Below, piece by piece: positions 1 to 13,025 of a stretch of DNA of 64,000 bases. Made by a program: the position numbers and the translations under genes. A model generated the notes under the pieces. It worked only from the letters and a program-made list of their open reading frames with translations. It made no database searches and was not told the origin of the DNA. This DNA is from Syncephalis fuscata S228 (Eukaryota; Fungi; Zoopagomycota). The stretch spans positions 62,001 to 126,000 of the forward strand of contig JAHLTZ010000025.1 of the NCBI GenBank assembly GCA_025786725.1, written 5' to 3'. Positions within the stretch are counted from its first letter, which is position 1. Every line of letters starts with the position of its first letter.

Positions 1-600
1 TATTAATAAATGCTAAACAGTATTTAACATTATTAAAATATAACAAATAGATAAATAATAGTAATAATAATGTTAATCCATGTGTTGTTTTTGTAAGTAC
101 TCAAATCAGTATAATTGGATATTTAATGGCACTCACCATCCATCGCCATATTCAATAAAATAAATATTATTAAATCTAGTCATTTAACATCAAATCATAC
201 TAAATGGGTAATAGCTTCAATTATATTGTATAATAATGTTAAATGACATACAATATTTTATATGATGATACGGTTTATTTAACTCAACCAATAAATGTCA
301 AATTGTTATAAATGTAATGGTACATAGCATGGATATATTAGTATAACAACGACTGTGAAATGATATGGAATTGCAACCATATGGCTTCTATTAATATTCG
401 AACAATCTTTCTACACATGGCCAACAACAACAATAATCAACCTCAAATGTTTCAATGAAATCAGATAGTATGTTACATTCTTTTATCTAAATCAATCTAT
501 TAACAATATTTTAATAGGAAGCAATATAATTATGTTGTACATAGCAGCATGCCTTCAATTGGAACGAATTTTACTTTGAGGGCTTAAAATTGGGATCAAA
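1..600. repeat. Copy of a dispersed, modular AT-rich repeat family (MITE-like)
   Basis: 1..251 is a near-exact reverse complement of 29297..29547. About 250..490 matches ~54240..54480 (inverted). About 365..600 matches ~31780..32017 (inverted) and ~53980..54210 (direct). Confidence 0.85.
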
Positions 601-1058
601 ATGTAATCGATCCATTTCAATGTGTTCCAATTCATATTTTTTGGTAATCATTTGGGCCAATGTTGTCTTGCTAGAGCCTGAACAGCCGATAGTTAAAATA
701 CATAGCGATGTATTACCCATTGTAACGACATTAGTAGCAATAAAGAGTAAATTGTAAAAGATAATTTAACTGGACTACTATTTTTAAATGATTAGATGGA
801 TATCGACTCATCGTGATAACAATGGATTTAACATTTATTGGTTAAAATATAAATGAATAACTTAGCAAAAATAATATCAAGCAATAAAAAGGAAACAGTT
901 GAAAAATAGGCCCGCTAATATAGCTGTACAAGATACAATGGTACAAATATTCACGCATTGTGAAGTAGTTAAAAACCAAAAATAATAAACTGCGGGGAGG
1001 TAATTGTATGTATCGACAGATTAAATTAAATTAACTTAAATTAACTGGAAAAGGTAAC

Positions 1059-1712
1059 TCATAGATCGATGATACCTCGTAGATCGTAGGCCAGCTCGAG
1101 TTGCTCAAACCATAACGCCGTTTCTCGAGGTGATCGGAATCGATAGACACATAAACGAGGATAATTACCAATAATCATGGGATATTCGTTTCTTAATTGA
1201 CAATGAAGCTTTACAGCATGTTTAATGGCTGTTAAGCCTGAAAACAATTTGAAGGGTCGACGGCGGCCAAATGAACACTTGAAAAACTTCTTTTTAAACA
1301 AAGAGCGGAAACTGCGCCATGCTGTACGACAGACTACATGTAATAATGAGTAGTCGAGCCATATTAGCGTGTCGGCGCGTGTCCATAGGAGGGGACGCCA
1401 AGCATAAAAGTTGCCATGGGTCACCCAGCCGTCGTCGTGCGCGTCCAGAATCAACTGGACCTGTAGGGCAGTTTCCTCGGCGTATTGGCCGCGAGGGGTC
1501 TCCTCGGGGCAGATGGCACTAAGATCGATTTGCGGCTGACGCAGTAGCCGAGATAGGTTGCAGGCAAGCTTTTCCTTGCCGGCACATCCATTACCAACGA
1601 TAATCATTCGACAAGGTGGCAGTTCATAGCTATAGGCATAGCTCATATTACCACAGCTGCCCTTTGATACATTGCTGTAGCGCGACTCGGCCGCGACAAT
1701 AGGCAAAACCAT
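1059..1712 (-). CDS. Intronless adenylate-kinase-like P-loop protein (bacterial FlaR / topology modulation protein-like)
   Basis: IIVGNGCAGKEKLA (P-loop-like), WVTHGNF and LWTRADTLIWLD match the WVxDGNY...W-RADTxxWLD pattern of this family. No introns; GC-richer than the flanks. Confidence 0.75.
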   Translation of the reverse strand: MVLPIVAAESRYSNVSKGSCGNMSYAYSYELPPCRMIIVGNGCAGKEKLACNLSRLLRQPQIDLSAICPEETPRGQYAEETALQVQLILDAHDDGWVTHGNFYAWRPLLWTRADTLIWLDYSLLHVVCRTAWRSFRSLFKKKFFKCSFGRRRPFKLFSGLTAIKHAVKLHCQLRNEYPMIIGNYPRLCVYRFRSPRETALWFEQLELAYDLRGIIDL

Positions 1713-2220
1713 GACAAAGATATGATATGATAATGAAGGTGAGCGGTGGGTGTGACAACGATAAGAAGAGGGAAAAATGAAATGGAACGGCCAGAAGCAA
1801 GATAAACTATTACAAGACGTACAAGTTGGTGCCTATATAGCACGCTGGGTGGGTGCGTGACTTTGTACAATTAATAAAGAGCAAATTGAGCCGTGGGCTG
1901 TGCTAATGCATGGGTGGTGGGTGTAAGATGGTGGTGCTGAACCTGTTTACAAAAGACATGTGCTTCAACATGCGTGTGAGACTATTGGATCTCGTGAGTT
2001 GGGTCAAGGACAATTAACATGCGGTCAGTGGCTGTTGTGTCCCAGCTATACTAGCTAACTACTAGTCAACTAACCAGATAACTAGTTAGTGGTGGGAGAG
2101 CAGCATACCCCTTGTTGACATGCAGGCTATGGCGAGGACTATGGTGCCACGGATGATGCTATCATCGTTGATTCTGGACTTGTCTATGGCATTACACTAT
2201 ATTACGGATGTGTGTACGTG

Positions 2221-2240
2221 CGTGTGTGTGTGTGTGTGTG
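2221..2240. repeat. (GT)n microsatellite
   Basis: cgtgtgtgtgtgtgtgtgtg. Confidence 0.9.
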
Positions 2241-2680
2241 CCTATGCCATAATAATCTGCTGGCTGCACCGCTGATACAGTCGCACTAGTGGCCTTTGCC
2301 GTCGGCGCAATATGCACAAGACTACCGATAAGTTGCGCGAAGAAGTAGCTGCTAATGCATCAGCATGTTTGCACAGAAGCATGACGATTTCAGGGCACTT
2401 TTAGTGCAAATTAGCATTCTAATCACAAATGTAATAATTTACTAATAAAGGATAAGTGGTTATAGAACGTTTTAATAAATGATTAATTAATTGACTAGTT
2501 AGTGTGCACAGTTATAGAGATTGGCAACACAAATGGTTTATTTTGATCACAACACTAATAAAATACTAATCAAACTAGTAATACTAGTAATAAATTGGTG
2601 GTACCGATAATATTTACTATTTGTTAAAGATTTAGAGGCTGTGTACAACCATTAGTCTCTTTTTCTTGTCTTCTTTCAAT

Positions 2681-5600
2681 ATGGATTACAATTCCATTCT
2701 ACAGCAGCTTGAAACGGCATGTGCAGACTTTCAGGTAATCTGATGACGAACCTATAAAGCTGCCTCATCCATATCTGACTTACTGCTTTACTGTTGCGGC
2801 TATTACTTGTTTATTTTGCTGCAGGTTCCAGCCAAACAAGCTGCGGCGGAAAAAGTGCTAGTTGGGTTCAAGCGCACGCCTAATATTCTACCCGCGTGTC
2901 GCTACATTCTTGGTAGGTGACGCGAACTGAATCTATTCTTCATAGACTAGAGTGAATAACACTGCAGCCGACAGAACATACAACAACACCGCTAGTGCAG
3001 TTCCATACTGCTCTGGCTATTCGAGAGGCGCTAGTGCGTGAATATGCACTGCTAAGCAAACAAGATATCACTGATGTGCGCGACTACCTACTACGACTAT
3101 GCTACGAGCATGAAAGGTGAATAGAAAATTTTACTGCCTTTATAAAGATAATATTACTCATTTATTGATATTGATATTGATATACAGCCTTGAACGATTT
3201 GTGCGCGAACAGCTGTTGCATGTAAGTTATTGTTTGCAGTGGTAGTACTGCATAATAATAACTTGCTTCTACGCTATTCATTGTGCAGGCATATGCAGTA
3301 ATATTTAAGCGTAGCTGGATGGATTTAGATGATAATGAGCGTGATCATGTGTTTCTGCAAACGGAAAACTTGCTTCAAACGGCCGGCCATAGTCGACTTG
3401 TGGCACTAGCATTATACAATGCTTTATTGGATGAATTCTCTTCAACTAAAGCTAGTAGAATTGGATTGACGCTTCATTATCATCAAGAGTGTAAAATCTC
3501 ATTCACAGAAAACTATTTACTTCGGGTATTTCAAGCAATTCTACGGGTAATTCACCAAGAAATACAAGGACGTCAAGTAAATGATGCACTTCGTTATGGC
3601 ACTTTATTATTAGAAAAAGTATTTTCATGGGATTTTACACAACGTAAACTACAATAATTATTATAATTAACATAGCACTATACTAATAATGGATTAGGAC
3701 GCCGATTTACATTATCACGAGAATCGGCCATATCAGACCAAGAAATTAGAGGAGAAACACCCGACTTTCCACTAGCATGGCGTGAAACATTACTTGACCC
3801 AGCCGTGCTCTCATTCTTTTTTGAGGTAGTTACAATGACGTAATTATTTTATTTAATTAAGTGTATTTGTATTAGGCCTATGATGTATTAAGGCACGATG
3901 AAAACACTGCCCATCGTGCTCGCCAATGCTTAATACAGCTGTCGGGTATTCATGGAGCAATTATTGATGGACACGCCACCGCTCTTGGCTATGCATCGGT
4001 AATGATGCGTGGCTATGAAAAGCTTATTGCCATGTAAGTCTGTATATGTGTATAAATATCATTTATGGCCATTTACTCACATCGACATGTAGTCAACCAT
4101 CAATTCCTAAGCAGCATGATAGTCATGGACCGTATTTACTTGGGTTGTGTCAAATGATGCAACGATTGGTCAGCACTACTTCAGTAACTGTACTCTGTGA
4201 CGTTGAGGGATTCTATCGCACAATGAGTGAGACAGCCAAGTTAACGGTGCAATGTCTACGAGACACTGTGAACGAGACGGAAGACAGCTGGAATATGGAA
4301 GCATTTGATGAACTGTTAAATCTATGGATCAAATTAAGTAGGTAGTATTTGGTGTTTGTAAAGCAATCTAATAATGCTATATAGGTGGCAATACTTATTT
4401 GCCATTGGTGGCAGAAGAGAAGTTGGAAGCGGGTACTGTTGAACATTATCGAGAAGATAGAATTGCTTTGACTAAATTCATTGAGAGTGTATGCCAACAT
4501 GTTGTTGATACTTATTTGGAGACACGTTTAGAGGCAGCTAAACATGCCATGAAAGAAGAGGAGGAGGAGGAAGACTCGGGATTTAACGATCAAGTAAGCG
4601 TAGCTATAATATTAATAATAGTAGCGTTGTATTAATGTGACTGTATTATATAGGATGTATTTGGTGACCAATTGATGGGTATAGCCCGTCTAGCCCGTCT
4701 TATACCCCATTATGCACTCAGTAATATTCATCGACTATTGGCAGATCGTATGTCACGATTGGCACCTTTCCTTGAATCGGCATCTAGTTCGGAGGATCAA
4801 CGTAAGTTTAAGCAACACTATTGACTGATAGATTATTAATATTATATCCATTATAACAGACAATTTCTTACACTTTCTACATGAACATACACATTGGCTG
4901 TTGATGATTGTTGGCTATGTACTGGCCGACACAGCGGATGGTGAATATCCTATAGTGCCCGTGTCATTTTTAAAACTATCAAATTCACAGGTAAATAGAA
5001 ATACTGGTTAGATGGTTTATACTAGTATTAAAATATATTAAAATGCAGGCCATCAATGGACCAGATGGTGACCAGGTAGTACAACTATTAAATCTAGTCC
5101 TAAAGTTATTGAGTATGCTGGCCTTGAATCCAAACACTGCAGAAGTAAATAGAAACGAATTAGATATGACAAATTACTAATGATGATCAGGCGTCTTATT
5201 GCAGTCCATTGGTAACAGAAACGCTATTCTGGTGTCTAGAAAGATGTATCAAAACCTATTTATTTATTAACGAAGATGATTATAAAAATACTATAAGGTA
5301 ATATAGCTACATGTGACTAGTTCAGTGCTCATTATTGTTATTATAGTCGCAATTTAATTCAAGCCTTTGGACAACAAGAAAAGGGCGGACAGGGCGAACA
5401 GGTTTTAGATATGCTTGTTCAGCTGACACATCGACATGTTATTCTATGGAATGCCGAGCCTGATGTATTAACTCAGGTAATAATAGTGATGTATTATATG
5501 AATGAAATAATAGTTAATATGTAATGACATTAATAGATTATTCGTTTGTTGAATGCATTTGCCAATAGTTCAACACTTCGTGATCGAGTTCTTAATATAG

Positions 5601-7522
5601 GTAATGTTTGATATAATGAATAATTATATATACGTATACATACAAACATATATATATATTTCAATGTGTAGGAGCATTTGCGGGATTGATGAATTTAATG
5701 ACAACGCAAATTGAACAATTACCGAAGCATTTCACAGGTAAATTGTGTAATGAATATAGCATATGTAATTAATAATAATAACGTTATGAATAATAATAAT
5801 AGTGAAATTGTACGGGTCATGTCAAGAATTATTCTGTTTTCACAAAATTCTGATAAACGAGATTATTACGTTGGATCGTTGATGGAAGTGATTCAAGTAA
5901 GTTTATGTCAATACAAATTGGCTATTTGTTAACTTTTAGATGAAATGATTAGAAACGGTACACATCTACTGTGAAACGACCAGACTTTGCACAGGTTTAT
6001 CAAAATTCAGATATTGTAGAACATGTTCGTAGTATGGTTGAGGTAAGTTGGCAAGAAACTAGCATGGAGTATAGATTAATTAAATCATTTGAATTAGATG
6101 CTTGATGGATTTGCTCAATCTATGGGCACTACGAATGCTGATTTAGTGTATCGGTTTTGTTTACAGTATTTTGAATCTATGGTGGAATTGGTGCGAATTT
6201 ATCGTCATCATCCAGAAATGATTACCGATATAATAAGTTTTTTTGCATCATTGTTTGAGAACATGGTAAGCGATACAGATATTTATACATAGATAATACT
6301 AATAATTATATATATATATATATTAGGACTTTGAACGTTTACCGAGTGATGCACCTAGAGTTATTTGCCAAGTAGTTATGGCATTGTTGAAGGCGTATGA
6401 AGAAGCCACTCAAGGTATAAAAAAGGGCTAATACAGCTAATTTAATACAACCTCTATTAATCAGCTATTTTATTACTTAGGTCGCAAACGAACAGCAGTT
6501 GAACACGATGAAAGCGAACCGTATACAGATATTGTTAAACTAGTGAATATGCTGTCTAACTTGCTGGCCACTGAATTAAGTGGATTTGGTAAGCAATAGT
6601 ATTTATTTGTGTTAGAATTAATTTGTAATTGCTTAGAAGATGATAGTCTTGATAGAGATAGCGGCAATGTAATCGAAGTTGTATTTATGGGTCTTGGTGT
6701 TCTGGTGCCAGCCATTGATATGGAAATGTTAAAGGTAGTTTCTATTAGTTTCTAGTTAATCGTATAGATAGTTAATAGTAGAATATGTTTAGCATCCACG
6801 CATTTGCACATGCTACATGCAATTTATAGCCGATTTGGTAGAGTTGCAGTATGATCGACTGGTGACTATGCCATCCGCCGTTGTTCAGAGTATTCTGCAA
6901 TCACTTGAATTCGGTATTGATCAATATCCTTTTATTGTCTGACGGCTATATATATATATTGGTATTTGTAAGAAATAATCCCTAACTTTGATATTACTCC
7001 AGTTTATGATGTATCCCGCTGGGCACTGTCTTCAATTAGTACACTAGCTCTTCATTATGCACATCAACGACAAGCAGGACAAGAATCGGAAGTGGCAGCA
7101 TTTGCTACTTCACTTGGTGGTTTTCTTCAAACCATCTTGCAATGCCTAGTGTTTAAAGATATGGATCCTGGCTTAATTAAATCAGCCAGTGAAGCTCTTT
7201 ATCCACTCATATGCACACAACGAGTAAGCTTGACTTGATTATTATTATTATTATTATTAACTATTGTTGTTCATAATGTATTTTTTGTTTTTGTTTTCCT
7301 TTTATTTGTTGTTTAGCCAAAGTTTGAAGAGTTGGTACAGATTATTGTTAGTCAACAGTCGAATTCTGAGCTACAGCAACGATTGCTAGTGGCGTTTAGC
7401 GCTTTAAATGATGCAGTGCCAGTGACCATGCCAGCTCACTTAAAAGCCACTACCGTAGCCATTTCTACCAAACTCTTTCCAAGTTTCTTCTCGAAGCCTG
7501 TGGATTCTTGCGCGTTTTATAA
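2681..7522 (+). CDS. XPO4: Exportin-4 (importin-beta family), more than 20 exons
   Basis: N-terminus LQQLETACADFQ/PACRYILEHTTTPLVQFHTALAIREA; EFSSTKASRIGLTLHYHQECKISF; LHEHTHWLLMIVGYVLAD; ASEALYPLIC; C-terminus FLLEACGFLRVL* at 7522 (needs one frameshift near 7445). All resemble XPO4. Confidence 0.85.
6924..6997 (+). other. U12-type (minor spliceosome) AT-AC intron in XPO4
   Basis: 5' site ATATCCTTT, branch-like TCCCTAAC at 6979-6986 and terminal AC at 6996-6997. Removing it restores the frame (SLEFGIDH-PVYDVSRWAL); reading through hits TGA. Confidence 0.85.
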
Positions 7523-8049
7523 GAGTTTAATAAACTTAGAATTTTACTTTCCTTATATTGCTTGTTTACTATTACTGCTATGCCCTAATATGGTCAATAA
7601 AAAATTAAATTATTATAGCAGACTGGTTATGGAACCCAAAAATAACAGCTTATTTAAAACTGATTAGCATATTTGTTCAAATACCCTTTAAACCTTTGGT
7701 GCATTCCATATAGCTGTTGGTATGCAATAAAATGTATAATGGCTTGAAATGTTGTTTAATTGCAATTTTTATTAAATAGAATAAAAGCTGTAAATAGTAG
7801 TCCAAATGTCTTAAAGCAAAAAGTTGTAATGCGTGCGTAAATTATATGCAATAATAACCGAATGTACCTTGAATATCTATCTAGCTTAATATGTTTATAC
7901 AAAAAACGTTGTACCATTTTGTGTGATTAAACATTTTAAACCACTGCCTACGATGATGACATTTATGCTGAACTACTTTGATAATGAAATATTTAATGTG
8001 CTAAACAATGTAGTTGGTATTAAGAATTGTGCAATATTATATTAATATT

Positions 8050-9029
8050 GCTTATGATGCAGCATCGACAGTTAGTTGGTTGTGGCAACATTCATCTCTC
8101 CATATATTGGTGATGGTATTTGTGAAACACGAATATTTTCTCAGTTTTTGGACGATTAACTCACTTAATATGTCGCGTGTCCTACGACAGTTCTCGATCA
8201 AAATAGTTGAACAGATTGAACTAATAGCTTTATATTAATGTAAAATAAAATATTGTAATTGTTTAACTTACCAGTCGATAAAATAGGAGAGTGTAGAAAA
8301 GTTCTTGCTTATACCAAAAACCAATATAGCAGTCCATATTACATTACAGAGCATGACGAGACACATGGACTGGATACCATCGCTAGCCAAATGCTTCCAA
8401 ATTCTGGAACCAAATGTGCGATATTGTTTATAGGCCATATAGCTGAACACTGACGAGAAGAATACGTTAACTATTAAAGACGCACTGAACCAGAACAGAA
8501 CAAAATAAGGCGGATACCCCATTAGGCCACGGCGATAGAAAGCAGTGTTAATGGTAACTTGAGTAGCAAACATCACAGCGGGTGTTACTATTTGTACTGC
8601 AATTAATAGTGTACCTATTACAAGTACCCAGCGGCTTTTCTGAGTCATCATATATGCCTTTTGTAGCAGAATAATGTCATAGCACATAAAAGAAATAAGA
8701 ATAATTCCACCACCATATAGTACTAGTATATTCACCCGGAGGACCTTAGCCATATTAAATGTGATTATAAGTATTGATGCGCTAATACATAAAACTGAAG
8801 GTATTAAACAGCACCATCTCGCAAGTGCTCGCGGTTGTGCTATAACCAATCGAAGAGCAACATTGATATTGCGCAATTGAACGCAGCTCATAATAACATG
8901 GACTAAGAGCCGTATATAGATATATGTTAATTCTGCTTGCATTTCTTTAAAATTAGTGGAAAATGCCATCAAAAACTCATAGCCATCCAATGGGTATAAA
9001 TTAGTATTCCCATTTTGTGGTGGTGGCAT
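8050..9029 (-). CDS. Lineage-specific multi-pass (6-7 TM, GPCR-like) membrane protein, paralog A
   Basis: 253-aa ORF of alternating hydrophobic helices, a GTAAGT intron after ...FIDW, and a second exon SICSTILIENCRRT. Clear paralog of the next gene; 3' end approximate. Confidence 0.7.
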
Positions 9030-9400
9030 GTTTTAAAAATGCTACTATCAGTTATGCTGCTAATAAATGCGATATAGATATATGAATATGGTTTAGTAAA
9101 CGAAAAATGGCGTGGAGTGGAGAAAAGGTTTGGATGATGCGCTTTGTAGGTCTGGATGCATAACGCAAGTCCAAAACTGGTATTATACATAAACCAGATT
9201 ACATTCTTTGTTATGGATATTGGCTTACTATTCAAGGCCAAATAACTGCGTCTTTATTAGCTTAATAGTACTATCATGGCTTTGATAACTGCATAGTACA
9301 GCCAGTTGGACTTTAAGTATTTAAAACATTAATAGCACGACATCAGCTAGTGAAGATACAGTAAGATTATTTGCATTGCCTGTGAAAAATTAATAATTGG

Positions 9401-10405
9401 CTAATCAGCTATGTTGTCTTCTCTGTACATTGTTGTTGGTATTTCTGATAAATGGAGTAGCTTTGCTGTATTTGGACGATTAGATAAGTTTAGAGCATTC
9501 GTGTTTTACGACAGCTTTCAATTAAAACGGTTGAGCTAATCACGCTGTATTGATTTACGTTAATGTAAAGTGAGTTGTTTGATTATTTGCACTTACCAGT
9601 CAAAAATAAAAAAGGTTGCTGATATATTTCCAGCCAGTTTGAAACAAAGTACAGCGCTACAAATAACATTACACAGTATGACAAAACACATAGACTGAAT
9701 GCCATCTTTGGCTAAACGTTTCCAGGTCTCCGATCCAAACATACGGTATTGCCTATAGGCTGTATAGCTGAATATGCCTGAGAAAAAAGCATTGCAAGTA
9801 TTGTTATAATAAACCAATACCAAGCCAAATACGGCGGATAGAGCAATATACACCGTTTTCAATACTTAATATGGAAGTAGTAGATGCTATTAGAATAGCG
9901 GGGATGGCAGTCTGCGGAATAACAAGTATTATGCCAGCTACAACCACCCAAAGCTGTCTGTTAAGTATTACATATGCTTTTCGAAGTAAAATCATGCTAA
10001 AGCATATGAGTGAAACGCTGATATCAAATCCACCGTACCAGAATAGGATACGACACTAATTCTTTTGGCAAAATAAAATGTAGCCGTATAAATCGGCAAT
10101 GCTATGCCCAATAAAGAGGGGATTAGGCAGCACCATCTAACGAGCGACCGTGGCTGCGCTATAACCATTTTAAAAGCAATGTTTGTATTGCGTAGTTGCA
10201 TATATCCAATAATGAGATGGATCACCAACTGCATCCATATACCCTTTAGCTGATCTTGTAGTATATCTGTGCGCTTAGAAATATCCTCCAAAATATCATA
10301 CACATCCATCTCGCCTGATGGATGAAGCGGAATATTCCATAAACGAGTGGCATTCTTCATCCATGAAGCGTCTAATTTCTCAATAGCACTAACAGAAAGT
10401 GCCAT
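9401..10405 (-). CDS. Lineage-specific multi-pass (6-7 TM) membrane protein, paralog B (frameshifted in this sequence)
   Basis: Shares QLRNxNxA..VIAQPR.L.RWCCLIPS, FSYxAYxQYRxFGSxxWKxLAxDGIQSMC and the same intron after DW with paralog A. Split over three ORF-track pieces. Confidence 0.65.
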
Positions 10406-11157
10406 ATCAATTTCTAATTGCGCAATTAATATCAAAATATGTACTATAACGAAAGAGGAATAAATGGGGCCGCAAAACTTGTCTGCTGTTCATGCCAATA
10501 TGAACATAAAACCAGAATATATGTATGGACATACCTGTTTTCATACTCACACTCACTCGCCATGCACAGGTAAAATAGGCCAGACTTCAATGCATAATTT
10601 GGTCCCATGATAACCATTTTTGGACTGTATTTAATACGGTTTGGCTTGTGCTGATTTAATCAATTCTAGATTGCATTGTAGACTGAGTGTTTATTAAAAT
10701 ATTAAAACGTTTGCTTTCTATCTTATCGTCTGCCGAAAAAGTCGCTTAATGCATTTCTCATATATATTTTACACAAATTTATCAATAAAACATTATCTTC
10801 ATATTCATTATACTTTGTTTATGGTTGTTACAAATTGAGTACAATGCTGCTCTAGTAGTGGTTTTATAGTATGCTATTTAAATATATAGCAATATAACTT
10901 GCTCACTAATTGTTGTTGCGTCATATATTATACAATTTGTGATATTATAATCCTTTATACACATTATACTATAATTATTAGCATCTATTTAAAACTGCCG
11001 CCTTTTTAAATCTAGTTTTATTAATTATAAATTGTTTTTTCATTAAGCTATAAGCACTACTAAACGAATAACATATGTATACGTAAACTTGTTAATTTAT
11101 TAAAAACATATATGGAGTTGGTTGTTTATCAATAAAAACTATTATATTGGTTAATAT

Positions 11158-13025
11158 TTAGATGATGTTGCTGTGACACCGTCCAAAGACATAGCTAACG
11201 ATTTGTGCTTATTTCCAATCTTATTAAGTAGTCTTTTCTTAATCTCTGACCACATAAGTCGATAGGCAAAGAGCGGATTAACGTAGGACGGTTTAGATGA
11301 GGTTTCATCATAATCTGGCATACGAATGCCAAGTGCGAAGAGTAAAATAGCTGACTGAACAGTTAAAGTAATAATTCTACATGCACATCATGCAATTAGT
11401 TTATCAGCAAATACCAGCAATTTCATATCAAATGCCAAAAAAGTATCGATAGAACTAAGAAGAGCGGCAACAGCTGAAGCAGTTGAAATAATGGCCAACT
11501 AATTCAATTAAGCTTAAATATTAGTAAAATGTAGCAATCAAATGCCTTGTTATTTTAAATGGCAAAAATACTTACACGAGCTAGAGCATTACGAGTAGGT
11601 CTATCAATGCAATTTCTCATGCCTAGATAGAAAACACAGCTACATACGCGATTAGAAACCGTATATATATAAATATGAAAATAACTTACTAAAATAAGTA
11701 AGAATGATTGCAGTCAACAGTTGTAGATAGATTGGAGAGTAATTAAGCATATTATAAATAAATCTATAGCCAAGATCACTTGTATCATAATAATCAGCAG
11801 CAATTAGTATAGAAGCTACAATGCGTATGACAAGTTACACAACAAAGGTTATATGAATGATTATAGAAACAGCCTAAGTCTACGTTCGATCTGCTTGCCG
11901 AGTTTGAGGAGCACCTGATTGCCAATAATGAAAAGTAACAATAAGGTAATCAGCTTTGTTAATTTGTTATAATATAAATAGTTATTTATACATACCAAAT
12001 AATGAGCATTAAATAAAAGATATGCTAAATAATAGCATATAGACTTTTTTTAGGATAGCATAGCTTAGCCGTCCGGGTCCACTTTGAATAGTAAATAAAC
12101 CACCTATAAATAAAAATGAGATTGTATCAATCCAATTGTAAATTTATGTATATTATTTTTACCTATGTATGGTAGCAACAAAACCAAATGTAAATGTCAG
12201 CGTTCTTAGATCAGCTTTAAAACGGCCAAACAGCCAAAAATATACAATGCTGCTAAGAGCATGCAGAATAAGATGATATTAATTGCAAAAACTATTCAAA
12301 TAAATGCTTTGAACGATGGCAAAAGTATATACTGTTCCATTCATTGGGCTCTAATTGGTACAGTATTAGTTTATATAGAATAATCAGCGTTTGAGATCTA
12401 CCTTGTGTCATGGTGGCTATAGCTGGAAAAGGTAGTTTTTTAACGTATGCTAATTTTTTTCAGATCTTTATTCGAAGTCATTGCTATAGGAATATTTGGC
12501 TTATAATTTTTAAAGAAGGTGCTGGTGGATGCAGAGATTTTACGAAAGGTAGGCTTCAAAAATAAAGACCATTGATTGGAGGATAGTGACGACTGGCTAT
12601 CCATTCTTTGTGATCGTCAAGTGCTTTGTCAAACTGTTGGAAGCAAAAGAACTAATAAGTAAATATTGCCATAGATTATAGCAAAGGCCTTATTTACCTG
12701 ATCCATTGTTGTACAGCCGCTATTTTTTATTTCTCAAATAAAAACACTAAAATAATAGATGTAACATTCTTTGGTAAAGTGTTTATTTTTGAGATAATTC
12801 TCCTGGAACATGTAGCTTCTCGATCTCACAGTTGGCATCGCTATAAAATTCCGGGCTGACAAGCATGCCGGTGATGTTATAGTAATCAAATGATAATTTA
12901 AACGGATTAGCTGTCTTGAACTTGAATAGTGTATTGTTTCCATGCATAATAATTGCACCACGTGCCAAGTGTATTATTTGGCTTGTGATAAAAAGTAATA
13001 GCAATAAACGTGCCATAAACAACAT
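11158..13025 (-). CDS. Signal peptide + extracellular domain + multi-TM receptor-like protein, multi-exon
   Basis: N-terminal signal peptide MLFMARLLLLLFITSQIIHLARG, a polar ectodomain, then several short-intron exons of hydrophobic helices (FIVFAINIILFCMLLAALYIF; ILLFALGIRMPD). Exon structure only partly resolved. Confidence 0.55.

Noticed and set aside
9401-10405. Calling TM paralog B, and other frameshifted genes, pseudogenes
   Set aside because: The same 1-nt indels occur in essential genes, so sequencing error is the simpler explanation.
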